From contig OY760505.1 of NCBI GenBank assembly GCA_963663545.1, positions 3,072,001 through 3,136,000 of the forward strand: a stretch of DNA of 64,000 nt. Direction: 5' to 3'. The notes beneath the pieces are model-generated. The model made no database searches. It saw only the letters and a list, made by a program, of their open reading frames with translations, and was not told where the DNA came from. The position numbers were made by a program, and so were the translations under genes. The DNA is from Candidatus Delongbacteria bacterium (GTDB lineage Bacteria; CAIWAD01). Shown piece by piece: positions 30,389 through 40,321 of this stretch (positions are counted from its first letter, which is position 1; each line of letters starts with the position of its first letter).

Positions 30389-30822
30389 GGCGTGAACACA
30401 TTTGCGTAACACATGAAAAAGCCATGCCCGACCAGGCGTCCTCGACAAGGCGTACTTCGTGCTTCACGAAGTATGGTCGAGGGCCTCTGGGCGGGCGAGC
30501 GTTTTCTTTGCGCCGCTTTCTTTGACGCGACAAAGAAAGCGGCATCTTTTGGCTTAGCGCTAGCATAGGCTCCGCCGCAGGCGTGTCACGCGCTACGCAC
30601 GTGACCTCGACGAAGTCGTGCTATTGAACTCTGCTGTCAGCGTCGTTCTAAAAAGTAGCACGCCTTCGTCCATAGGCTACATAGGGTTGGCTATGCGGCA
30701 GCGCCTCGATACCGATACCGACTACTCGTCCCCCGTCTTGCGTCGTGCGCCAAGTAGTTAAGACGAAGTCTCGCATCACAGCAATGCTGAGGATAGGGCT
30801 AGGCCAAATGCGAGCCTTCGTC
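30389..30822. repeat. Cluster of intergenic palindromic (REP-like) elements
   Basis: Hairpins include CCTCGAC..TACTTCGTG/CACGAAGTA..GTCGAGG, GCCGCTTTCTTTG/CAAAGAAAGCGGC, and two GACGAAG...CTTCGTC elements (30609-30670, 30762-30822). Confidence 0.7.
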
Positions 30823-30841
30823 AGCGTACCTGATATCCAGA

Positions 30842-31177
30842 CTAGTGGTCGCAGCTATTCTGGCCGGAAGCAAGACGCCCCGCGAGGAAGTCTTCAACAA
30901 GCTGTCGCGGCTGAGCCACAGGCGCTCCCACAATCACTTGAATCCCCTGACTCATCAGCAATTGCTGCGCGCGCTGGCCCATTCCTCCGGCAATGATCAC
31001 GTCCGCCTGTTGCTGGTGCAGCCAGGCAGGTAACACGCCGGGCTCGTGGGCGGGAGGCTGCAGTTCATGAACCTCGCCGATGGCGCCATTTTCATCGGTG
31101 TGAATCATGGTGAAATGCTGGCAATGGCCGAAATGGGAGCACAGCATCCCATCAGCAGTAGGAATGGCAATCTTCAA
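30842..31177 (-). CDS. NifB/NifX-family (FeMo-cofactor-binding-like) protein
   Basis: KIAIP...HFGHCQHF...HEPGVLP.WL...DVIIAGGMG.RA...NSCDH; TTG start with GGAGGA RBS. Confidence 0.88.
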   Translation of the reverse strand: MKIAIPTADGMLCSHFGHCQHFTMIHTDENGAIGEVHELQPPAHEPGVLPAWLHQQQADVIIAGGMGQRAQQLLMSQGIQVIVGAPVAQPRQLVEDFLAGRLASGQNSCDH

Positions 31178-32040
31178 GAGTTCCTCCGGTGGTTGTGATG
31201 CAGCAGTGCGTGTGAGCCCTGCGGCAGGCCGCTGTGGACGGCAATCAAGGGGCATTTTACTTTGAAGAGGAAGTAGATGTTTGTATCACTTCCACTCAGG
31301 CATTCGTAGTTGCCCTGACCTTTGGCCAGGACCAGATCTGCTTCGGCGTATCGTGCGCGAAAGGCTGGACTGCAGTCTTCCAGAAACGTGCCCGGTGCAT
31401 CGGATCCGTTATCGATCACTTCAACTAGATCTGTGAGACCAACAGCGCGTGCGTCTTCCAGCGTGGCATCGTTTAGTACCGGCGCGCCTCGAACGGCTAG
31501 TGTGACACGTTCCATTGGGAGCTGCTCAATCAGCAAACGATCAAAGGCGATTTCGCCCGCGTTGTCCGCCAGGTAGAGAATGCGTTTGGCCTTTTGAACG
31601 TCCGCCCACAGGGCCTTGGGGTTGCCATGGAAATCGTGCGTGCTTGCAAGTGACACAATGGCTTCCACGTCTTCGGGTGTGATGTGATGGAACACGCCTA
31701 GATCAATCACATTGCCGATGATGGCCAGGTACAATGCTTCTTCAAAGGGGTTTGCCGATTCGCGTACTCGCTTCTGCAACAGTGGAAACACTTTTACAGC
31801 CATGCGATTGAAACGCTCTTTGATTCTGGCGTAGGGGTCGGCCTCGTTCAGCGTTTCTCGCATCAGCCGATGTACGCGCTGCGCAAGTGCCGGAGGCGGG
31901 TACTTCAGGTCCTGCTCTGTCAGCAACAGCATCACCTTGCGCAGCAGCACATCTTGCTTCGAATTAGGTGTATCACACAGCCGGGCAGCCTCTAGCGTCT
32001 GCTTCAGCAGGCAGGGCAAGCAATCCAGCGAGCTCTGCAT
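31174..32040 (-). CDS. DUF89/ARMT1-like damage-control phosphatase
   Basis: CLPC, DPY..IK, GNVIDLG, LADNAGEI.FD, PVLNDAT, AKGQGNYE, KVKC. Confidence 0.9.
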   Translation of the reverse strand: MQSSLDCLPCLLKQTLEAARLCDTPNSKQDVLLRKVMLLLTEQDLKYPPPALAQRVHRLMRETLNEADPYARIKERFNRMAVKVFPLLQKRVRESANPFEEALYLAIIGNVIDLGVFHHITPEDVEAIVSLASTHDFHGNPKALWADVQKAKRILYLADNAGEIAFDRLLIEQLPMERVTLAVRGAPVLNDATLEDARAVGLTDLVEVIDNGSDAPGTFLEDCSPAFRARYAEADLVLAKGQGNYECLSGSDTNIYFLFKVKCPLIAVHSGLPQGSHALLHHNHRRNS

Positions 32041-32042
32041 GG

Positions 32043-32402
32043 CTATCGACTCCCACCTTGTGATACATCATGTATTGGTTTGAGATCGCCTGCGCGGTAT
32101 GCAGAAAGTGCTTCGGCAGCGGTTTCAAAGTGACCGCAATAAATGGAGATGCCGGCAGCGTCCAGCACGCGCTGCGCGTTCCCGCCCACATGGCCGGTGA
32201 TCAGCGCACTCGCACCCGTCTCCTGCACGCGTTTGCCCGCAATGATGCCAGCGCCCTGCTCGGCTTGTTCATCGGGCGGGTTGGGCAGGTAGTCCAGCTC
32301 ATCGCTATCCAGATCGACAATCAGGAAACCGGCTGCGCGACCAAAATGCTCGTCGAAGGAGGAATTCAGGGCCGCGCCTTCGCAACTGATGACAATTTTC
32401 AT
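32043..32402 (-). CDS. NifB/NifX-family protein
   Basis: MKIVIS...DEHFGRAAGFLIVD...GAGI...LITGHVGGNA..VL.AAGI. Confidence 0.88.
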   Translation of the reverse strand: MKIVISCEGAALNSSFDEHFGRAAGFLIVDLDSDELDYLPNPPDEQAEQGAGIIAGKRVQETGASALITGHVGGNAQRVLDAAGISIYCGHFETAAEALSAYRAGDLKPIHDVSQGGSR

Positions 32403-32582
32403 GAGTTCGTCTCCAGACAAAGAACAAGGCAATGCAGCTTCTGTGCCAACGTTCATGCTGCGGAGCATTGCGGAGGGTGAGCCCTGAAAATGGCTAATAC
32501 AGCGGATTGCGCCAAGTATCGGAGAAGAGGTCGGAGGATGTTGTCAGTCCCGGGAGTGGAGTAATTCGTGCAGCCTGCACGA

Positions 32583-33935
32583 TCAGCGCCGTTGACCGCG
32601 TCCATCCTGACCGGGCGTATCCAGACCCAGCGCTTGAATCTTGCGGTACAAGGTGCTGACGTTGATGCCAAGATCCTCTGCCGCGCGTGCACGATGTCCA
32701 CCGTGGCGTTGCAGCGCCTGCTGAATGGAAAGCTGCTCCAGGGTCTTCAAGCTTACCTGGCGGCTGCCGTTTTGGGTCTGCTCGCCGGTGGGCCGCAGCT
32801 CGGCTGGCAGGTGTTCCACTTCGATCAAATTGCCGGTGCAAAGTACGAAGGCCTGTTCCAGGATGTTCTCGAGCTCGCGTACGTTGCCGGGAAAGGCGTG
32901 ATCCATCAGCCGCGCCAGCACTTCCGGTGATACACCGCTGATTTGTCTTCCCTGCAAGCGATTGATGCGTGTCACGAGGTGATCCACCAGCAATGGAATG
33001 TCTTCGCGTCGCGCCGCCAGTCCCGGCAGTTCCAGATGGATCACACGAATGCGATAGAAGAGGTCTTCACGAAACTGACCTTTCTTGACCAATTCAGCAA
33101 GCGAGCGATTTGTGGCTGCGACGACACGCACATCCACCTCCTGAGGGCGAGTTCCTCCCAACGGCTCAATGACGCGCTCTTGTAACACGCGCAACAGGCG
33201 CACTTGCATGGCGGGTGATACATCGCCGATCTCGTCCAGAAAGATCGTGCCCTTGTTGGCCAAGGCAAAGCGTCCTGGTTTGTCGCGCTTGGCGTCTGTG
33301 AAGGCGCCCGCCTTGTGCCCGAAGAGTTCGCTTTCCAGAAGTGTGTCAGGAAGTGCGGCGCAGTTAACGGCGACAAAAGGCCCTTTGCTGCGCGGCGAGA
33401 TGTTGTGAATGGCGCGGGCGAAGAGCTCCTTGCCCGTGCCGCTGGGCCCTTCAATCAGCACCGTACTACTACTGCTGGCGATCTGGGGAAGCAATTCGAA
33501 GAGCTTTTGCATCACGCGGCTGCGGCCGACAATGTCCTCGAATGAGTAGCGCGCGGCCAGTTCCTTCTGGAGTTGCTCCACCTGTCGCAGATCCTGAAAC
33601 GTCTCCACGCCGCCCACAACCTTGCCTTTGCCGTCTTTCAGTAGCGCGGTCGCAATGCGAATGGGAATGCGCTCGCCCGCGTTATTGATGATGTAGGCGG
33701 TAGCGTTGACCACGGGCTTGCCGCTGTCCATGGTGCGGCGCAGGCTGCAAGCCTTCTCGCAGATACTGGCGCGAAAGACGTCGCAACAGCGACTGCCAAT
33801 GGCCTGGCTGCGCGGAATGCCGGTGATGAGTTCAGCCGCGCGATTGAAGGAGGTGATACGCCAGTCGTTGTCGACGGTGAACACGCCCTCGTTGATGGAA
33901 TCCAGAATTACCGCGTTGCCTTCGTCCTGCTTCAT
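32583..33935 (-). CDS. PAS-domain sigma54-dependent transcriptional activator (AAA+, Fis-type HTH)
   Basis: PAS (ILDSINEGVFTVD..ITSFNRAAE), GPSGTGKE, ESELFGH, GAFTDA, FLDEIGD, FREDLFYR, FPGNVREL, HTH STLYRKI. Confidence 0.93.
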   Translation of the reverse strand: MKQDEGNAVILDSINEGVFTVDNDWRITSFNRAAELITGIPRSQAIGSRCCDVFRASICEKACSLRRTMDSGKPVVNATAYIINNAGERIPIRIATALLKDGKGKVVGGVETFQDLRQVEQLQKELAARYSFEDIVGRSRVMQKLFELLPQIASSSSTVLIEGPSGTGKELFARAIHNISPRSKGPFVAVNCAALPDTLLESELFGHKAGAFTDAKRDKPGRFALANKGTIFLDEIGDVSPAMQVRLLRVLQERVIEPLGGTRPQEVDVRVVAATNRSLAELVKKGQFREDLFYRIRVIHLELPGLAARREDIPLLVDHLVTRINRLQGRQISGVSPEVLARLMDHAFPGNVRELENILEQAFVLCTGNLIEVEHLPAELRPTGEQTQNGSRQVSLKTLEQLSIQQALQRHGGHRARAAEDLGINVSTLYRKIQALGLDTPGQDGRGQRR

Positions 33936-34076
33936 ACTCCTACTCGTGCAAAATGACCGAAAATGATTGATACAAACTAGCACTTTGCACGAATTAAACT
34001 GCACAACGAAGGCACGATTGAGCGAGAAGTCACCGTGGCAGCGGGGAATGCTGCACGGATCGTTCCCGTGTCGACT

Positions 34077-34092
34077 TGGCACGAATCTTGAA
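34077..34092 (+). promoter_or_regulatory. Putative sigma54 (-24/-12) promoter
   Basis: TGGCACG-AATC-TTGAA (GG-N10-GA) divergent from the activator gene; inverted repeat TCGTGCAAA/TTTGCACGA at 33944-33992 is a candidate enhancer. Confidence 0.65.
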
Positions 34093-34103
34093 CTGTGGTC
34101 ATC

Positions 34104-34499
34104 ATGATCGTGGCCATTCCCATCTGGCAAGGGCGAATTAGTCCCGTTCTTGATGTTGCCGAGCGCGTACTGCTCTGCGACATCGAGCTGGAGGAATGCG
34201 CTCCGGAGATGCTCTCACTGGAACAGCAAGAGCCGATGGCGCGTGCAGAGGAGCTGAAGGCGGCTGGTGTAGATCTGGTGATCTGCGGAGCTGTATCACG
34301 CGAGCTGGAGTTGGCGCTTGTAGCACGGCAGATTACTCTCCGAGCTCTTTGCTGCGGTGATGTCGATGAGGTACTGCAGGCATGTCGCCGCGGTGATACG
34401 CGACTGCAGTCCTTCGGCATGCCCGGCTGTCGGCAGCGCAGGCGGCGTGGCCATTGTGGTGGTCGAGCGTGCTCGCGTCACGATCAAATGGAGAAGTAA
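34104..34499 (+). CDS. NifB/NifX-family protein with Cys/Arg-rich tail
   Basis: MIVAIPIWQGRISPVLDVA...GVDLVICGAVS...MPGCRQRRRRG. Confidence 0.8.
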   Translation: MIVAIPIWQGRISPVLDVAERVLLCDIELEECAPEMLSLEQQEPMARAEELKAAGVDLVICGAVSRELELALVARQITLRALCCGDVDEVLQACRRGDTRLQSFGMPGCRQRRRRGHCGGRACSRHDQMEK

Positions 34500-34541
34500 C
34501 ACCGTGGTCATCACGGTGAGTAGTTGTGAAAGGAGTCTGAA

Positions 34542-34892
34542 ATGCCCGCAGGAAATCGTCAGGGACCGCAGGGCGAAGGTCCCCGCACGGGAAGAGCCCT
34601 TGGATATTGCAGTGGCTACGACCGACCTGGATGTGAGACATCCAATGGTGGTGGGCGTGGTTTCGGGCGCGGAGCAGGGCGCGGCTGTGCACGCGGTGCG
34701 GGACGTCGCTTCCGTCACGGACAGGGCTTTCTACCTGAGGAGCCGGTAGTGGAGCAACGTGATTCACGCGAGAGCCTGCTTGCCGGAATGGAAAGGCTGA
34801 GCGCTGAACTGAGCGCCCTGCGTAGACAGGTGGAAGGCTTGTCGGCGGACCATTCGTCCAACGGCAAGGAGGGCGGAGACAGCGGCAAGTGA
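34542..34892 (+). CDS. DUF5320-family protein
   Basis: MPAGNRQGPQGEGPRTGRALGYC, Gly/Arg-rich middle, C-terminal coiled coil. Confidence 0.8.
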   Translation: MPAGNRQGPQGEGPRTGRALGYCSGYDRPGCETSNGGGRGFGRGAGRGCARGAGRRFRHGQGFLPEEPVVEQRDSRESLLAGMERLSAELSALRRQVEGLSADHSSNGKEGGDSGK

Positions 34893-35740
34893 GATTGGCC
34901 GTCGTCAGTGGTAAGGGCGGGACCGGCAAAACGACCGTTGCTACCAGTCTGGCTGTGCGGGCCGTTGAGCTGGGCCTGTCCTGTACCTATTTGGATTGTG
35001 ATGTGGAAGAGCCCAATGGTTGGCTCTTTCTCCGTCCAGAGCTGGAACACACATCCTCTGTAACACGCATGCTGCCGGTGCTGGATCAGGCTTCCTGCAC
35101 CGGGTGCGGAGCTTGTGCAGCCTTTTGCTATTACCATGCGCTGATGCTGCTGGCGGGAGAGTTGCTGCTCTTTCCGGAGCTGTGTCACGGTTGCGGTGGC
35201 TGTCCGCTAGTTTGTCCGGCAAATGCAATTCGCGAAGGCTCACGCGTTGTCGGCGAAGTGCGACATGGCAGAAGTGGTTCTTTGCATTGCAAGGAAGGAC
35301 GACTGCTGATGGGAGAGGTTGACAGCCCGGGCGTGATACGCGCGGTGCTGGATCACAAAGAGAGTTCAGCTCTGGAGATTGTCGACGGTCCGCCCGGGGC
35401 CGCCTGCCCTCTGGTCAACTCATTGAAAGACGCGGACCACGTCCTGCTGGTGTGCGAACCCACACCCTTTGGAGTGCATGATTTCCAGCTTGTGTTGCGT
35501 GTGATTCAGGAAATGGAGCTTCCGGCTAGCGTGCTGATCAACCGTTCGACTGGCGATGATCACTTGGCGGATGAGGCTTGTGCCAAGGCTGGTCTCAGAG
35601 TGTTGGCAAGAATTCCTGACGACGCACAACTGCGCAGTCTTGTGTCACAAGGGGAGGTTGCTGTATCACGCGTTGAGTCTCTGCGCGAAGCGTGTGATGC
35701 TGTTCTTTGCAGTCTGGGAGTTGCCGCATGCAAACACTGA
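34889..35740 (+). CDS. MinD/Mrp-type P-loop ATPase with inserted 2x[4Fe-4S] ferredoxin domain
   Basis: SGKGGTGKTT, DCDVEEPN, CTGCGACAAFC, CHGCGGCPLVCP, DGPPGAACP, EPTPFG.HD. Confidence 0.9.
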   Translation: MRLAVVSGKGGTGKTTVATSLAVRAVELGLSCTYLDCDVEEPNGWLFLRPELEHTSSVTRMLPVLDQASCTGCGACAAFCYYHALMLLAGELLLFPELCHGCGGCPLVCPANAIREGSRVVGEVRHGRSGSLHCKEGRLLMGEVDSPGVIRAVLDHKESSALEIVDGPPGAACPLVNSLKDADHVLLVCEPTPFGVHDFQLVLRVIQEMELPASVLINRSTGDDHLADEACAKAGLRVLARIPDDAQLRSLVSQGEVAVSRVESLREACDAVLCSLGVAACKH

Positions 35741-36636
35741 CTGTGATTTCAGGCAAGGGCGGAACGGGCAAGACTTCACTGCTGGCTTCCTTCGTTGCGT
35801 TGGCGGGGCGTTCCGTGATCGCCGACTGCGACGTGGATGCCGCTGATCTTCATCTGGTGTTGAATCCCGAAACGCAAAGTGAAGAAGCATTTTTCAGCTC
35901 TCGCATTGCCGTAGTTGATTCTCATTTGTGCATCGGCTGCGGCCAGTGCCGTGATCTGTGCCGATTTGAGGCCGTCGAGATCGTGGAGAAAACTGGCGAT
36001 CGAAGCGCTGTGATACACGGGCGAGACTGCGAAGGTTGTGGTGTCTGTGAACGCTTCTGTGCAGCAGGCGCTATCCACATGGAACCGCGCCGCACGGGCC
36101 TCGTGTTGCAATCCGATACGCGTTTTGGGCCCCTGGTGCACGCGCAGCTCGATGCAGGGGGGGAGAATTCAGGAAAGCTTGTTACTGAAGTGCGTCGTCG
36201 CGCCAAACAGTTGGCAAAGGAGAAGCAGCTCGAACTGGTGCTGGTGGATGGATCTCCCGGTGTCGGTTGTCCGGTTATGGCTTCCTTGACAGCTTCAGAC
36301 CTGGCGCTGATTGTTAGCGAGTCCTCCATTAGTGCTTTACACGATATGGAACGTGTAATACAATTGCTTCGTCAGTTGCGCATTCCGGCGATGGTTTGCG
36401 TAAACCGTCACGATCAGAATCACGAGGTCGCACAGAGGATCTTGAGTCTAGTACGGGAAAGTGACTTGGAGTTGGCTGGCATGGTGCGACTTGATCCCAA
36501 TGTGACACAAGCTCAGCGTCAAGGAGTGTCCGTCGTGGAGTTTTGTAGCACGGGGGCTGCTCTGGATATAGCCCAGGTTTGGGAGCGGGTACTGGAAAAA
36601 CTCATCTCTTTGAAGACAAATACGAGGAAATCATGA
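35728..36636 (+). CDS. MinD/Mrp-type P-loop ATPase with ferredoxin domain, second paralog
   Basis: SGKGGTGKTS, DCDVDAADL, CIGCGQCRDLC, CEGCGVCERFC, ENSGKLV, DGSPGVGCP. Confidence 0.9.
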   Translation: MQTLTVISGKGGTGKTSLLASFVALAGRSVIADCDVDAADLHLVLNPETQSEEAFFSSRIAVVDSHLCIGCGQCRDLCRFEAVEIVEKTGDRSAVIHGRDCEGCGVCERFCAAGAIHMEPRRTGLVLQSDTRFGPLVHAQLDAGGENSGKLVTEVRRRAKQLAKEKQLELVLVDGSPGVGCPVMASLTASDLALIVSESSISALHDMERVIQLLRQLRIPAMVCVNRHDQNHEVAQRILSLVRESDLELAGMVRLDPNVTQAQRQGVSVVEFCSTGAALDIAQVWERVLEKLISLKTNTRKS

Positions 36637-37988
36637 AACGAAGCGATGTCCTGGTCATTGGCAGCAGTGCTGCAGGTTTGGTGGCGGCACTGACCGCCCG
36701 CATGGTAAATCCTGACAAGACGGTTACCGTAATACGTCGCGAGAACAAATGCATGGTACCCTGCGGCATCCCCTACGCCTTCGGCTCACTTACGGGCACG
36801 GATCAGAATGTGATGCCTGCTGAGAAAATGTTTGAGACCGCTGGTGTTGAGCTCGTGATCGACGACGTAGTATCCATTGATCGAAGCGCGAAAGTCTGTC
36901 GTACCGGAAGCGGTGAAGAAATCGCTTGGGAGAAGCTTGTGCTGGCCACGGGCTCCACCCCTGTCAGGCCACGCTGGTTGAAGGGCTGTGAGTTGGACGG
37001 TGTCTTCACCGTGCCCAAGGACAAAGACTATTTGGATATGATGAAGTCCTCGCTGGCCGGCTGCAAGCGTGTTGTTGTAATCGGCGCCGGATTCATTGGC
37101 GTAGAGTTTTCCGATGAGCTGGTCAAGGCGGGCTACCAGGTAGAGCTAGTGGAGCAGAAGCAGCAAGTGCTTGCGCAGGCCTTTGATACCGAGATCGCGG
37201 AACGCGCTGGTGATTTATTGAAAGCGCGTGGAGTGTCCGTCAGGCTAGGAGTGGGCGTAAGTGAGTTGATTGGTGATACACACGTTCACGAAGTGCGTCT
37301 GGCTAACGGTGATACACTGCTGGCGGACGCGGTGGTGTTGGCTGTGGGCTATGAGCCAAACACAAGCCTGGCTGCCGAAGCGGGAATCACCATCACATCA
37401 CAAGGCACAATACGCGTAGATGAGTACATGCGCACGAATGATCCCAACATCTTTGCCGCCGGTGACTGCGCCGAGAAGCGTGATTTCGTGACACGTAAGA
37501 CCAACACGGGTATGCTGGCCTCTACGGCATGTGCCGAAGCACGCACTGCCGGCATGAATCTGTTCAAGCTCTCGCTGGTGAAGACCTTCAGCGGCACCAT
37601 CTCCATTTTTGCTACGGCACTGGGTGACACAGGATTCGGCATCGCCGGCCTTACCGAAGCTCAGGCTCGTGCAGAGGGCTTTGATGTGGTGACCTCAACT
37701 TTCGAAGGCATGGACAAACATCCGGGCTCCTTGCCGGGAACGCACAAGCAGTTAGTAAAGCTGATCGTCGGACGTGAAGCGGGTGTCATTCTTGGTGGCG
37801 AGGTCGTGGGCGGAGCCTCAACGGGCGAACTCACCAACTGTCTGGGTTTCATCATCCAGAACCGCATGAATGTCTTTTCTCTGCTGACTTCGCAGATCGG
37901 TTCGCATCCCCTGCTGACAGCATCGCCGGCCGCTTATCCGCTGATTCAGGCCGCCGGTATGATTGTGCGTGATACACTGGGCCGCTAG
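36633..37988 (+). CDS. FAD-dependent pyridine nucleotide-disulfide oxidoreductase (CoA-disulfide reductase/NADH oxidase-like)
   Basis: IGSSAAG, PCGIPY redox Cys, LATGS, IGAGFIGVE, IFAAGDC. Confidence 0.88.
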   Translation: MKRSDVLVIGSSAAGLVAALTARMVNPDKTVTVIRRENKCMVPCGIPYAFGSLTGTDQNVMPAEKMFETAGVELVIDDVVSIDRSAKVCRTGSGEEIAWEKLVLATGSTPVRPRWLKGCELDGVFTVPKDKDYLDMMKSSLAGCKRVVVIGAGFIGVEFSDELVKAGYQVELVEQKQQVLAQAFDTEIAERAGDLLKARGVSVRLGVGVSELIGDTHVHEVRLANGDTLLADAVVLAVGYEPNTSLAAEAGITITSQGTIRVDEYMRTNDPNIFAAGDCAEKRDFVTRKTNTGMLASTACAEARTAGMNLFKLSLVKTFSGTISIFATALGDTGFGIAGLTEAQARAEGFDVVTSTFEGMDKHPGSLPGTHKQLVKLIVGREAGVILGGEVVGGASTGELTNCLGFIIQNRMNVFSLLTSQIGSHPLLTASPAAYPLIQAAGMIVRDTLGR

Positions 37989-38012
37989 CTCTGAGATTCT
38001 CCAAGTTTGTAG

Positions 38013-38043
38013 CACAGCCCTGGACTCCCTCCGGGGCTGTTTT
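38013..38043 (+). terminator. Intrinsic terminator
   Basis: ACAGCCCTGGA...TCCGGGGCTGT followed by TTT. Confidence 0.65.
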
Positions 38044-38096
38044 GCATTCGCCTCGTGCACTGTAGATTGAGTGGGTGAATCACAAAGGAGTACCCG

Positions 38097-38540
38097 ATGC
38101 CCGATCTTCTGGTTGAGGTGTTGTCACACGCCAAAGACCTTCCCTTGCCCGCCTACATGACAACTGGAAGTGCGGCCTTCGATTTGCTGGCAGCTGTCGT
38201 GGAGCCTTTGGAGTTGGCCGCAGGCGAGATTAAGCTGGTACCCACAGGGCTGAAAATGGCCATTCCGGCTGGGTATGAGGTCCAGATTCGCCCGCGTAGT
38301 GGGCTTGCACTGAAGCACGGTTTGATCATTCCTAATAGCCCCGGTACCATTGACAGTGACTATCGCGGTGAAGTGCAAGTGATTCTCGCCAATCTAGGAA
38401 AGGCGAGTTTTTCCATAGAGCGCGGTATGCGCATTTGTCAGGCGGTACTGGCGCGCGTGGAGCAGGCCCGGTTAAGAAGGGTGGATGAGCTTCCCCCGAG
38501 CGATCGAGGCGAAGGCGGCTTCGGCTCAACCGGCGTGTAA
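38097..38540 (+). CDS. dut: dUTP diphosphatase
   Basis: AAFDL, RPRSGLA, GTIDSDYRGE, RICQ, RGEGGFGSTG. Confidence 0.97.
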   Translation: MPDLLVEVLSHAKDLPLPAYMTTGSAAFDLLAAVVEPLELAAGEIKLVPTGLKMAIPAGYEVQIRPRSGLALKHGLIIPNSPGTIDSDYRGEVQVILANLGKASFSIERGMRICQAVLARVEQARLRRVDELPPSDRGEGGFGSTGV

Positions 38541-38547
38541 CTCACAC

Positions 38548-39345
38548 ATGCCGAACACAAAGTCCACCTCGGGGTACATACCCGTCCTGTGCTGGCACCA
38601 AGTGGCGCCAGGCTTTCTGCCAACGGTTACACGTGTTACACCGGCGCGCTTCGAGCGGCAATTGCTAGCTCTACTGAAGGCCGGTTGGCGTGTTGTGTCA
38701 CACGACGAATTCCTCGATCGCGACGGTCGCCGTGAGCCCACGGAGCGAGTCTGTTTGTTGAGCTTCGATGATGCTTACGCCGGTGTCGTGGAGCATGCTT
38801 TCCCTGTGTTACAGCGCGAGAGCCTTTCAGCCCTTGTCTTCATCCCGACTGCTCTGGCAGGTAGAAGCAACGAGTGGGATCCCGGTACTCCCGGCACAGG
38901 ATGGCGCCACGCCGATTGGGATCAGCTGCGCCGATTGCGTGATGCCGGATGGGAAATCGGCTTGCATGGAGCCAGCCACATCCCTTTGAAGGGACTTCAG
39001 GAAAAGCAGTTGTGCTTTGAGCTGACAAAGGCTGCTGAAGTACTGGAGCAGCAGTTGGGAGAGAGTGCACGCTTTCTGGCCTGGCCTTTTGGTTTGCAGG
39101 ACCGCGAGGCCTGCCGTGTGGCCGCCGCTGCCGGAATCCGGTTGGCTTTCGGCCACGATGCCAAAGAGAACCCGTTGGCACTCCCGCGGTTGATGGTCTA
39201 TCCCTGGCATTGTCCCGCCCACATTCCAATCATGCTCGAGCAAAATCGGCCCGGTCCACTGCAAAAGCTTGCAGCTCGCGGTGCGCGCTTGTCAGCACTG
39301 GTGATGTGCATGAATTCTGCTGCTCGCATGCGCGATCCTTCTTGA
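38548..39345 (+). CDS. Polysaccharide deacetylase (CE4/NodB family)
   Basis: PVLCWHQV, LSFDDAY, EIGLHGASH, LAWPFG. Confidence 0.88.
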   Translation: MPNTKSTSGYIPVLCWHQVAPGFLPTVTRVTPARFERQLLALLKAGWRVVSHDEFLDRDGRREPTERVCLLSFDDAYAGVVEHAFPVLQRESLSALVFIPTALAGRSNEWDPGTPGTGWRHADWDQLRRLRDAGWEIGLHGASHIPLKGLQEKQLCFELTKAAEVLEQQLGESARFLAWPFGLQDREACRVAAAAGIRLAFGHDAKENPLALPRLMVYPWHCPAHIPIMLEQNRPGPLQKLAARGARLSALVMCMNSAARMRDPS

Positions 39346-39495
39346 CAAAGGCAAGCGCTTTCAGCTTAATGTCTGGGACAATGGTGGCAGTGGAGAAGCC
39401 ATCCGTGGGCCTGGAAGATTGCCGCTCGCGGATACTTGCGCAAGCAGAACCTGAATGCTAAACTTGGGGTCTGCGCCGAATTAGGCGGCTTTGAC

Positions 39496-39876
<381 letters not shown>

Positions 39877-39884
39877 TTGGAATG

Positions 39885-39918
39885 AAAAGGGTCGAAGGCT
39901 CAGGCTTTCGACCCTTTT
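39885..39918 (+). terminator. Intrinsic (likely bidirectional) terminator after tRNA-Pro
   Basis: AAAAGGGTCGAAGGC...GCTTTCGACCCTTTT followed by further T runs. Confidence 0.85.
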
Positions 39919-40321
39919 CTTTTTTCGTGCATGTGAATACCTTCCGCAACGACCTCATTTCCATTTTCTCACTTGTATCACAGGGAGTTAGATTCAGAAT
40001 AGATGGATTCTTGCGAGGTATTCGTGTCTGAGCGTGTCTCAAAGCGGATCGTGACTACTCATCAAACCACCGTGACACACACTGCAAATTTTGCTCTAAG
40101 ACGCGTGATACAAGGACAGATGTTTTCTCTGGCTGTCATGGCCAAGAGAGAGAATGAGACGCGTGATACAAATGCTGCGATTTCGATATTCAGAGAAGTG
40201 AAAATCGTCATGGAATTCCTCTATCGAAGCCTATTGCGAATGACCTCCAGCAAACCGATATTTTCCGGCCTTGCTTGTTATGGAAAAGAACCAAGGTCTA
40301 ATTATAGGCGATGTATGCGGA

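Noticed and set aside
30842..36636. Nitrogen fixation cluster
   Set aside because: Only NifX-like and MinD-type ATPase domains are present; no nifH/D/K/E/N or radical-SAM NifB.
39370..39495. Possible ncRNA (6S-like) upstream of merR
   Set aside because: Only short local hairpins; no long closing stem or recognisable family motif.
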